Shown here in pieces: positions 1 through 10,273 of a DNA stretch of 64,000 nt (the stretch's first letter is position 1; each line of letters starts with the position of its first letter). Source of the DNA: Thecamonas trahens ATCC 50062. Taxonomy: Eukaryota > Protista > Apusomonadida. The DNA lies in the NCBI RefSeq assembly GCF_000142905.1, contig NW_013657631.1, forward strand, positions 62,001 to 126,000, given 5' to 3'. Both the position numbers and the translations under genes were made by a program. Under the pieces are notes generated by a model that saw only the letters and a program-made list of their open reading frames with translations, was not told the origin of the DNA and did not search any database.

Positions 1-702
1 GTACCGAAGACGTCGAAGGCTCTCCCGGCCGCGAGTTGGGTCCCACGAGCGTACCAATGACCACTCGTGAGCCCCAATTGAGAGAGTTAGACATACCGGC
101 CCCGCCTCTTTCCTCTCCTCACCAGTTACGTTATGTCAGTGGAGGGTGAGGGGGGGGGGGGGGTGGAGGGGAAGAGGGTGGAGTGGTTCGCCTTGTGCGT
201 GGGTAGGTGGGTGGCCGTGGTGGCTGGCCGTCTGACAGCATTGGCGTTTGCTGACGCTTGCTCATCAATAGCTGGGGAACAATAATTGATATGCGTGGGT
301 TTCGGGGGGGGGGGGGGGGAGGGGCGTTATGGGAAAATATTTATATCGGTTGGGAGAGGGAGCAAGTGGGAGCGAGGGAGGATTGGAGGGCGAGAAGATG
401 GAGAGCAGAGGGAGTGGAGGCAAAAGAAGACGGATGGAATGTGTAGAATGGGTGTATGGTTGCATGGTGGGGTGAGGACATGCCCAGAGATGGGTTGGTC
501 TGTCCCCAGGGTAAATATTTTTCAACTTTGCCGAGCCACCACCGACACTTGGGGTGGGTTTTTTTTTTGCTCGGTGGGAAGGGAAGGCTGACGGCGGCAC
601 GCGCGGAGAGAGGACACGACCTCCGTTTGGGGCCATGACGGTGTGATGGGAGCATGGCGGGCACTTTGGAGCAAGACCCATCTACGCAAAGGCTAGGAGA
701 AT

Positions 703-2588
703 ATGCTGGCTAGTTTGGGACAAAGAACTGCAGCTGTAGCTTCTGTGGTGGCGGTGTGTGTGATATGCCTTGCGTGCGGGCAGGGGACGACAGGCGCACT
801 GCTGCCAACGGAGCAGCTCGAAGCAGCCTTTGCCGGCGATGGCTTTGCCATTGTGGGACGGAAGGAGTATGGGGGGTATCGCGGGCTGATGGGCGAGTCA
901 AAGGAAGCTACTATTTTTCGGACGGGCAAGGGCAAGCCGATGCTGTATGTAGAGGGCAACGCGACGTCGTACGGTTGGCTCACGGGCTATCTCGCAAGAG
1001 AGAGTGTCGAGGCCATGGTCGGTCCGTTTCTGGAGCGCCTCCCGCTCGAGTTGGTGGCCAAGGACTATGTCATGAAGCACTGGAATGAGAGCCTGTTTGT
1101 CGAGCTGGAAAAGGTTGTCGATCACTTGCTCGGCTCGGTCTCGGTCAAGCTCTTTGACGACGCCATCGCCGCCGGCATCATTCCTCGTTCTCGGCTGGAA
1201 GAGATGGAGGGAGTGGTGGCGGGAGCGAGTGTTGCCGCCGCCGAGCGCGGGACGACGTCTCAAGTCAGCCTTGAGAAGCTCATTGCCATCAACTTTGGCT
1301 TTGATGTCATCACCGCTCGAGTGTTCTCGGGTCATTTTCTGGGCTCTGCCCTTCAGGAGCTCGCGCGCAAGCTGGGCCTCGTTCAGCTCTCCGACGACCG
1401 GTTTTACGAACGGCTGGATGCGGTAGGCGGGAGCACCAGCTCTCTTTTTGTCCCGCCAGCATTCTGCGATGCCATCGGGGTCCGCGGCCCGTGGACGGCG
1501 AGCACCGGAGAGGCGTACTTTGGACGGTCATACCAGATGGTGACGGGCAACACGCTGCAGGATGTGATCACGCTTGTTGTGTACGCGCCAGACGACGGTG
1601 GAGCGACCAAACCACTTGTCTCGGCGACAGCGCCGGGCATGGTCGGCTGTCTCGCCGGAATGAACGGCGACGGGGTGGCGATGGGGGTGGACACGATCCG
1701 GGCGCCCAATGCCAACCCCAAGCAGCCCGGGCTCAACTCGCTGCTGCTTCTTCGGTCGACGCTCGAGGTTGCTGGCGATCTGGATGAGTTGGTGTCGTAC
1801 GTGGTGGACGCGCGTCGCGGTGCACCGTTCCTCTACCCAGCGTGTGACGGGAGCGGCGACTGCGCGGTGCTCGAGGCTGGGGCTTGGCTCCCGGACGGTA
1901 CGCCCGAAGATCCGCTCCAGTATGTGGAGCGCAAGCTGCAAAAGGCTGGCCTTGTTCCAGACGCCGCGTTTTGACGGCGCATCCAACGCCGCCAGGCGTC
2001 TTTCGCAACGGGCTCTACGCCCGGTTCATGAACTACACCGATGCCGACTCGCCGTACCTGGCGTTCAACAAGGACCTTTTCGCCGCCGCTGGCTACCCGT
2101 ACTCGGCAGAGGGCTTTGAGCTCGGGCACTTTCTCTTTCCCAACTTTACGGCCGACCTCGCGGCGCAGCCGATTCTGCGCAACAATCTGTTCTTCCCGCA
2201 GAAAGAGCAGGATCCGGACCTTGTGCTCCTCACCAACTTTGCCGTGGTGCCCGCGGACCGGCTGACGATGATGTCGTACTGGGACAACGTGTTTGCGGCG
2301 ACGGGCGAAGCCATCTTTTGGCGGTACGACAAGCTCCTCGAGCTGCTCTACGCCAAGCGCGGGGCAATCGACTACGCGACGGCGATCTGGATCATGGAGT
2401 TTCTCGCGCCGGAGCGGACGCCCGGGTACTGGAAGAACGAGCTTGTGCCGGGCAACGTCAACTCGACCATCGTCGAGGGCTCGCTCACGGTCTACGATCT
2501 GGCCAACCGCGTCATCTCGTCCAAGTCGGGATACTGGGGCGACAAGTGGATCTCGCTCAAGCTGCTCAAGTACGTCGAGGTGGCGTGA
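703..2588 (+). CDS. Secreted Ntn-hydrolase, peptidase C45/acyltransferase-like; one frame break at ~1969-1972
   Basis: Hydrophobic N-terminus (AAVASVVAVCVICLACG). Putative Cys nucleophile in PPAF-CDAIG, plus YFGRSY and GMVGCLAGMNGDGVAMG, resemble C45/NAAA-like enzymes. ORF 703-1974 joins ORF 1884-2588 if TTTT is read as TTTTT (PDAAF-LTAHP). Confidence 0.6.
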
Positions 2589-2612
2589 GGGAGAGGACGT
2601 CTGCACGCGATG

Positions 2613-4180
2613 TTATTGAATGACCCGAAGCTGGCCGAGGAGAGCCGACGCCGACGGCTTTGCCGGTGGCGGGGGCGCCGACTCAGTGTCGGCGTCGGCT
2701 GGCTGGGCGGTAGGGTGGTCGATCGAGCGGGGGCGGGGCAAAAGGGCGCGACGCTTGGACGGGCGTGGGTTGGGCGCAAGAAGGATTGAGGCGTAGCCGC
2801 GAGTAGCCGGGCCGGTGGCGCTGGCGTGATACTTACGGGTGACATTGCCGCGGCGCGGGGGGTTGGCGAGCGACATGGGTAGGGCGCCGAGCGGCAGCGG
2901 GCGCCACTTTTCAACTGAGACCCGAGACCAGGCCGACGATGATGGCGCCTGCGGGCAGAGGACAGGCGCCGGGGGTTGGTCGCCGGCAGAGAGTTCAAAG
3001 ATCTCGACAAGGGCGTCAAAGCGGGCGGCGAGAGTAGGCGGTAGCTGGGCGGAGGAGCGCTGGACAACACGCGAGACAAGCTTGCGGAACGAGGGGGTGG
3101 GCTGGGCGGCGGCGAGCTCGAGAAGGAGGGTGAGCGGGAGGATAGCGGCAAAGTTGGAGCGGATGAGGAGCGAGGCCCAGCGGAGAGCGCGCGAATGGGA
3201 CCAATTTTGGGTCGGCGTCGAGGAGATGTGCATGAGGCAGCGGGTGAAGAGGTCCGGGATGAGCGAGGGCGCGCGGAGGCCCAGCGCGTAGAGCACGTCC
3301 CACCAAAAGACTTTGGCCGGCTTGGGCTCCGAGGCAAAGGCGGCGGTGATGACGAGGAAGCTTTCAAAGAGAATCTCACCGAGGAGGCCGGCAGTGTCCT
3401 TTTTGGCGATCTTGGTGATCATGTCAAGCTCCTGCTCGTCGAGGCCGCGGACGGCGTCGGGCGGGACGACGCCGTCGCTCAGACGCATGCGCTGGGCGCG
3501 AATCTTGGCGGCACGGGTGACCATAGCGGTCAGTCGCGTCCTCTCGGTCCCGATGGCCGCCTTTTGGGTGTTCCAGTAGCGATGAGCGAGCCAGGCGAGA
3601 CCGCAGCGTGCAGCGTGGATGAGCTGCGGAAGCGCCGGCATGTGGCGATGGGTGGCCTCGTGACGGACCTCGACACAGACAATGGGAATGCCGAGCGAGT
3701 TTGCAGCGCGAGAAACGGACGCACCTGCCTCGCCCATGATGCGATCGGTAGTGCCGTTGACAAAGCGAGTGATGGCCATGGCGAGTTCCAAGCGCTGAGC
3801 CCAGCCATGACTGCCTGCGTACGCGACGGCGGCCGAGACCGACTCGGACTCCTCCTGCCGACTCATGTCAAGAGCCTGTTGATCAAGATCATCGAATTGC
3901 TCGCTATGCACATCGACATCGCCATCGTTCTTTGCATTGGTCATGGAATCATTTCCAAGCGCAGAGTCGGTAGAGGTGCCACTCAGTGGCCACTCGGCAG
4001 TGGTGAGCAGGGCGCGGAGGAGTCCAGCGGTGGACTCGACCGAGATAGGCACCGGGCCACGGGCCATCCAAGCCGAGACGACAGAGAGAGCAGAAGTGAC
4101 AGAGCTCTGTTCACGGGAGAACAGTCCTTCCGAACTTCATTCCACTCGTCCCATGTCGCCCATGGTGTCGGCTCAAGCAT
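2613..4180 (-). CDS. LAS1: Las1-like pre-rRNA processing endoribonuclease; frame break at ~4125-4132
   Basis: The N-terminal PWATWDEWNEVR is in ORF 3983-4180. AWMARGPVPISVESTA, LAMAITRFVNG, VEVRHEATH (RHxxxH HEPN motif) and WLAHRYW are in ORF 2613-4067. Confidence 0.85.
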
Positions 4181-4288
4181 ACTGCAGTCAAGTCGTACCC
4201 CCTTCTGTTGGTCAGGAGGGGAGGGGGACGGGGGATGGACGGATGGGCGGCCGGCGGCTGGCGGCTGGTGGCCGGTGGGGCGATGGGG

Positions 4289-4757
4289 GATGGGAGGTGG
4301 ATGGGTGATGGGTGATGGGAGGTGGATGGGTGATGGGTGATGGGAGGTGGATGGGTGATGGGTGATGGGTGATGGGAGGTGGATGGGTGATGGGTGATGG
4401 GTGATGGGAGGTGGATGGGTGATGGGTGATGGGTGATGGGAGGTGGATGGGTGATGGGTGATGGGTGATGGGAGGTGGATGGGTGGTGGGTGATGGGTAG
4501 TGGGTGATGGGTGATGGGTGATGGGTGATGGGTGATGGGTGATGGATGGGTGATGGGTGATGGGTGATGGGTGATGGATGGGTGATGGGTGATGGGAGGT
4601 GGGTGGTGGGTGATGGGTGATGGGTGATGGGAGGTGGGAGGTGGATGGGTGATGGGTGATGGGTGATGGGAGGGTGATGGGTGATGGGTGATGGGTAGTG
4701 GGTGATGGGTGATGGGTGATGGGTGATGGGTGATGGGTGATGGGTGATGGGTGATGG
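4289..4757 (+). repeat. G-rich minisatellite, 7-bp unit GGGTGAT with GGGAGGTGGAT variants
   Basis: Directly visible tandem array between the divergent LAS1 and gephyrin genes. Confidence 0.95.
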
Positions 4758-4803
4758 CCCTAGCTGATGGCCCTAGCTGATGGCCCTGGCTGGTAGCCCT
4801 GGT
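4752..4803 (+). repeat. 13-bp tandem repeat TGATGGCCCTAGC (~3-4 degenerate copies)
   Basis: Seen directly at the end of the minisatellite. Confidence 0.8.
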
Positions 4804-4966
4804 GGCTCATCAGCCGATCACATCCCCCTCCGCCACATTAGCCACTTCAATCTGATGTGTGTGCTTGGCTGAGCCACCGCCTGCTCACCACCACGGCCAC
4901 CACCACCACCACCACCACGGCCACCACCACGGCCACCACGTGACTAGTCCCCGCCCTCTGCCCGAC

Positions 4967-7080
4967 ATGACAGACCGACTCCGCGTGGGGATAGTGACCG
5001 TGTCTGACAGTGTGAGCCAGGGAAAGAGCCGGGACGCCACGGGTGCCGGCCTCATTGCCCTCCTCTGCAGCGAGACGTGGAGTGAGAGCTTCTGTGTGGT
5101 TGGTGGCCATGAAGCGCATGTGGTATGCGATGATGAAGAGGCCATCGGAGGCCTTGTGGAGGACATGATGGCTGACGGATCGGTGGATGTGGTGGTCACT
5201 GCGGGTGGTACTGGTCCATCGCCAAGGGATGTCACACCGGAGGCTCTGGCTCCTCTCCTCGGCAAGCGCTTTCCTGGCATCGTTGCACTCATGCACATGA
5301 TCTCGGCTGAGAAATCACCCTCTCCGTTTTGGTCCCTCTCTCGCCCGGTCGCCGCTCTCGCGGCTCGGTATCCCGTCCTCGTCATCGCTTTGCCAGGCTC
5401 GCCAAAGGGTGCCATCGAGTGTCTCGAGCCGGTCCTTCCCTCGCTCGTCATATCGTTGATCTCGCCCGGGGTGGTGATGGCGGTCATGGCAGCCGCATCG
5501 CCCCGCATGAGGCAAAGGCCCACGCCAAATCCGTCGCCGCAGAGAGACTCTCACACGGTCACAGCCACGGTCACGGTCACCGCCACGGTCACTCTCACTC
5601 CCATGGCCTCTCTCATGGCCACGGCCACTCGCACGGCCACTCCCATGGCCACTCCCACGGCCACTCCCATGGCCACTCCCACGGCCACGCCTCGAGTGAT
5701 CCGTGCTTTGCCGCCGGGCCGTCGCGCCGCGGGTCAAAGTACCCCATGATCCCGCTGGCAGAGGCGACAAAGGCTGTGCTCGACGCTGTGGCTGGCCTCC
5801 CGTCGCCAGACACCATCACGGTTGCGCTGGAGGCCGCCGTTGGACGCGTCCTTGCCGAGGACGTCGTCGCTCATGCCGACTTTCCTCCGTTTCCGGCGTC
5901 GATGAAGGACGGCTACGCCGTGGTCGCCGCAGATGGCGCGGGCACGTATCCAGTTGTCGACGACGTTGTCGCCGGCGCCAACGAGGCTCCGCCGAGCCTG
6001 CAGCCGGGCTCGGTTGTCCGCATCACCACCGGTGCCCCGCTCCCGCCCGGCGCCGACGCCGTGGTCATGGTTGAGCGGACTGAGGTCGCCGACGCCGGGT
6101 CCGGCGATGGACCCGAGCTCGCCGTCACCATCCTCGACAGCGTCCAGGCCGGGGCCGACGTCCGGCCGCCCGGATGTGACATCGCCGCTGGCACCACCGT
6201 CCTCGCCGCAGGCACCGTCCTCACGCCGGCTGACATTGGCCTCCTCGCCACCCTCGGCGTCGTCGCCCCGCGTGTTGTCCGCGCTCCGCGCGTTGTCCTC
6301 CTTTCAACCGGCACCGAGCTTGTTGAGGCCGGCACCGAGGGTGAGCTTCCTCGCGGCCGGATCCGTGACTCGAACCGGCCCATGCTCGCCGCCCGCCTCG
6401 CCGCACTCCCGGTCGAGGTTGTTGACCTCGGCATTGTTGCCGATGACGAGGCCGCCGTCGCTGCCGCGCTCGCCCATGCCGCCGCGCACGGTGACCTGGT
6501 TCTCACCTCAGGCGGCGTCTCGATGGGCCAGAAGGACCTGGTCAAGCCGCTGCTCGCCACCATGGGCTCCATCCACTTTGGCCGCGTCTGCCTCAAACCA
6601 GGCAAGCCGACGACGTTTGCCACCTTGGCGCGGACTCCGGCGTCGGCAGACGCGGCGCCGCCTGCGCCCGGGGATGCGGTCCTCGCCTTTGCACTGCCAG
6701 GCAATCCGGTCTCGGCGCTCGTCACCTTTGAGCTCTTTGTGGCGCCAGCCCTCGCCCTTCTTGCCCTTCCGCTCGCGACACGAACCGCAGCCATAGCCGC
6801 AGCAGGCGTCCGCGATCCGTCGGCGCCCGCTCTCATGCCGGGCCTTGCGCTTGCTGGCGCCGTCCTCGGCCACGCCATCGCGTGCGACCCGGCACGCCCC
6901 GAATTTCATCGGGTTGTGTTGCAGTGGTCGGCGCGGGAAAGTGCCTTTGTCGCCAACTCGACCGGTGTGCAGCGCTCATCGCGTCTCGCCTCAGCATCAG
7001 GCGCCTCTGCCCTCGCCTTTATCCCGCAGCAGTCCGAGCCGCTGGCCAAGGGCGCGGCCGTCGATGTTGTTCTCCTTTAA
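4967..7080 (+). CDS. GPHN: Gephyrin (MogA-like G domain, His/Gly-rich linker, MoeA-like E domain); frame break at ~5438-5450
   Basis: G domain: VSDS, GGTGPSPRDVTPEA, LPGSPKG. E domain: PPFPASMKDGYAV, ITTGAPLPPGADAVVMVE, IRDSN, TSGGVSMG, KPGKP, LPGNPVS, QRSSRL. Confidence 0.92.
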
Positions 7081-7083
7081 CCC

Positions 7084-7574
7084 TTAACGGTACGGTCGTT
7101 CGGACGCGTTGTCGCGCGTCTCAAAGTGAACAACGCGATGATGCTTGATTTCCAGGCTACCGGCAGACGCTGCGCGACGCCTACTTGGCCTATGGCTTGA
7201 TGGGAGGCGCGCCTGTACGTGATGGCGGCCAACACGTAGACGCCCGCCTGAAGGATACCCGACCTGGGAGCATGGGCGAGGTGCGCGAGGTGCCGTACGG
7301 CGCCGCTCTTCCGGATCGGCGGGCGCGAGCGCCAAGTCGAGCACCGAGTTGATGTCGAGGACGCTCGCGGCGCCGCTCATGACGGCCCTGACGTCGTGCG
7401 CCGTGAGCGTGCGCATCATAGCCGTTACAGCTGTCGTCTTCTCGCGCCCGGAGTGGTCCTCGGCGTGCGCCAACTTGTTGACGTTCTCGGCGGTCATGAG
7501 CGCGGCGCGCGCCACCTCGACCTCGGCCTTGGCATCAGCAAACTTCTCTCGCACCCTCTTCAGAATTTAAACAT
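7084..7574 (-). pseudogene. Possible small gene or gene fragment of unknown function
   Basis: Coding-like codon usage over ~7310-7560. The only nearby ATG (7574) is out of frame by one base and lies 2 nt after the WRKY stop. Confidence 0.25.
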
Positions 7575-7576
7575 AG

Positions 7577-9049
7577 TTATTGCGGTGCCATTAGCGACGA
7601 GGCCATGGCATACGCGGCAGAGGCGGTCGAGTCAAGCAGGTGAGCGCGCTTTGCTGCTGGCATGCCAACGCCCGGCATCAAAACGCCGCCGGACTGATCG
7701 AGAGTCCGCTTGGCACCGACGGCGGGGTATGGTGCCGACGGCAGCGGGTTGGACGGCAGCGGGATGCTTGCCGGGTGCTGCGACATGATCGAGAGGTTGT
7801 AGTTGGGGTGCATGTGCTGCTGGTGGTGGTTGTGCAGCTGGAGAGCGTGAGCATGTGCGGCCTGGTTCTGGACACCAAGGCCAGCCTGGATCTGCATGTG
7901 CTGCTGAGCTTGGAACTGAGGCGGGGAGTGCGCCTGAGTGCGAGCCTGGGCTTGGGCCTGGAGCTGGGCCTGGACTTGAGCCTGGGCCTGCTGCAGCAAC
8001 TGCAATTGTAGCAGCTGCTGCTGCTGCTGCTGCTGCATGCGGTACTGCATATTGGCCTGCTGCTGCGCCTGCTGGGCTTGTTGTGCCTGCTGAGCTTGCA
8101 GCTGCTGGTAGTACACCTGAGCGTTGGCGGCCTGCTGAGCCTGCGCAGGCAATGCGGAAGACATCGGCATCTGCGGGTTCATCGAGGAGGCGGACAGGTG
8201 CACCCCTGCGACCGAGAAGGGTGAAGCAGACGAGAGGGCCGACGCGTGGCCCGTGGCACTGTGGTGGGCAGAGCGTGAATGCGGTGGCGAATGAGAGTGC
8301 TTGCCACGGTAGAGCACATGTTCCTTGACGACATGCTGCTTGGTCGTCTCATCAAACTCCTTGGAGAGGATTTCGACCTGCTTCTTGGCCTTGCACTCGG
8401 TATTTGAGCACTTGTAGTAGGCGCGTGGGAACGCGTGGCCCTTAACGTGCTTCTGGCCGTACTTGCGCCATTTGTAGCCGTCGTCGAGCGGGCGGCGCGT
8501 TGACTTGCCGTCATCCTCAGCCATCGAGTGGGTATGGACGACCGACGACGAATCGGCCGGATACGGAGAGGGGATGGCAGGCGTGGCAAGGGAGAGAGGA
8601 GAAATGAGCGTCATCGCACCGATGCCTGGGGAGACCATCGGCGAGACAAGCGGCGAAGGAATGCCCATGGTTGCGCCAAACTGCATCGGCGAGATCATGT
8701 TGACAGCACGCGACATGCTCATCGGCGCTGCTGGAAGCTGCGAGAGCGCCGCGTTCGAGTTTTGCGCCGCGCGCAAAGAGCTGGAGGGCATGGCGACCAC
8801 AACACTGAGATCGGGGCCTTCATCGCTGGTCCGAGCATCTTCTGACGAGCTCAAACGCGACGAGGCCGAGGTTGATTGCGGCCTCGGCGAGGTTGAGCTA
8901 CACGTCGCCGAGCCAGCCGATGCGGGAGTACCCATGGAAAGGAGCGACTTGACCGCCACCGCAGGCGACGGCTCAGCCGATCGGCAATCGGCCACGACGG
9001 GCGTGGGCGATGTGGACGAGGTCGAGGTTGACACGGAGAGGCCTGGCAT
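7577..9049 (-). CDS. WRKY-domain transcription factor with polyQ region (start may be 9049 or 9130)
   Basis: [23 protein letters not shown]-x4-C..KKQVE..Y.GKHSH at 8291-8485. Ser/Pro-rich N-terminus and Gln-rich C-terminal region. Confidence 0.93.
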   Translation of the reverse strand: MPGLSVSTSTSSTSPTPVVADCRSAEPSPAVAVKSLLSMGTPASAGSATCSSTSPRPQSTSASSRLSSSEDARTSDEGPDLSVVVAMPSSSLRAAQNSNAALSQLPAAPMSMSRAVNMISPMQFGATMGIPSPLVSPMVSPGIGAMTLISPLSLATPAIPSPYPADSSSVVHTHSMAEDDGKSTRRPLDDGYKWRKYGQKHVKGHAFPRAYYKCSNTECKAKKQVEILSKEFDETTKQHVVKEHVLYRGKHSHSPPHSRSAHHSATGHASALSSASPFSVAGVHLSASSMNPQMPMSSALPAQAQQAANAQVYYQQLQAQQAQQAQQAQQQANMQYRMQQQQQQQLLQLQLLQQAQAQVQAQLQAQAQARTQAHSPPQFQAQQHMQIQAGLGVQNQAAHAHALQLHNHHQQHMHPNYNLSIMSQHPASIPLPSNPLPSAPYPAVGAKRTLDQSGGVLMPGVGMPAAKRAHLLDSTASAAYAMASSLMAPQ

Positions 9050-9310
9050 CTCGTGCGGGGAGTTAATGGGCGAGTGACGTTTGTGTTCCGCTCGGATCAA
9101 TTGCCTAAAACAATAATGCCGCACCAACATGTCACAAACGTTTTGGGTGAGTGCGGGGCAAGATGGCAGGAACGCTCCCCAAAGGCGGGGAATGCGGAGG
9201 AAAAGCCCCCTTGAGTGTGGCAAGCTCACAACGGCTAAGGACACCAGCTGAGGGCATAACACGCACAAGGCCACATATCCCTGGGAGGCATGGTCATACC
9301 GGCCATGGCA

Positions 9311-10207
9311 GGTCAAGTCGTGACCTGACGTTGACCAAATTGCCACACGCTATGGTTCAAGCAAACGTTTGGCTTGCACAATGCATTGGCCAGATGCGAC
9401 CAGCCGGCGATACGGGTCCTCACCGAGGAAACATGCATCTACCAAGTACAAATGATAAAGCGGAGAAGGGGGAGCGTGTGGGGAGGTGATGCGAACAAGT
9501 TGGGAGAAATAGGCATCTGCGTACTGAGTGGGTATGTAATTGGTTGGCAAGGAGAGTGTCACCGCACGTGCAGACTGGCGCGAGCGAGGTGTGGTCTCGA
9601 CTCGCCAAAAGACTGTCTCATCGACAGGTAAATTGTTTTCCGCAAGCTTCTTGACCACTTTCACGAACACCCGTGTATCTGAGCCGCACTTTTTGCGCCG
9701 CGTCTGACCCACAATGCGGACGTTTTGCTGGGCTGGGCTGCGTTCGCTTGAGCGCATATGGAAGAGCCCACATGGGCACCATTTAGACCTGCGGTTGCCA
9801 AACGGACATGGTTGTCACCAGATCCGCCGCCAGCTTACGTGAGTCAACGTCGTTGGCTTGCGTTGTTGCCGTGGATGCGGTCAATATGTGGTCAATTACG
9901 CACTGATTTGGATGCGGGTTGCGAGCAGGAGCCCGCTGCGGGACTAACAACCCGCAATGCGACGCACAGCAGATCGTGAAAATGCCGCACCGATAGCTGT
10001 AACGCAAGAAGAGGTGCACGTTGGAGGCCTTGTGGAGGTAGGCGACAGTGGAGATCCGCACGCGTGCGAGGGAGGGCAGCGGTATGACGGACTCGACTGC
10101 CTGTCACTCGCGAGGATTTTGACTATCAAAGATGCCACCACCTGCCTGCCAATACCACGAGGATGCCGTATCAGTGCAGAGCTCAGTGTGGCGCGGACTC
10201 GGGTCAA
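9311..10207. promoter_or_regulatory. Cluster of 8 W-box elements (TTGACY) in the WRKY/TTLL divergent intergenic region
   Basis: TTGACY or RGTCAA at 9311, 9331, 9651, 9842, 9879, 9890, 10119 and 10202. Function is inferred. Confidence 0.55.
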
Positions 10208-10273
10208 GCACTTGCGCCCATGGCCCATCTGTCGAGCCACACCCCACTACGAGTCGCAATTGGCTGCGACTTG

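Noticed and set aside
4289-4757. Interstitial telomeric repeat
   Set aside because: The unit is a heterogeneous 7-mer GGGTGAT, not TTAGGG, and the organism's telomere unit cannot be determined from this window.
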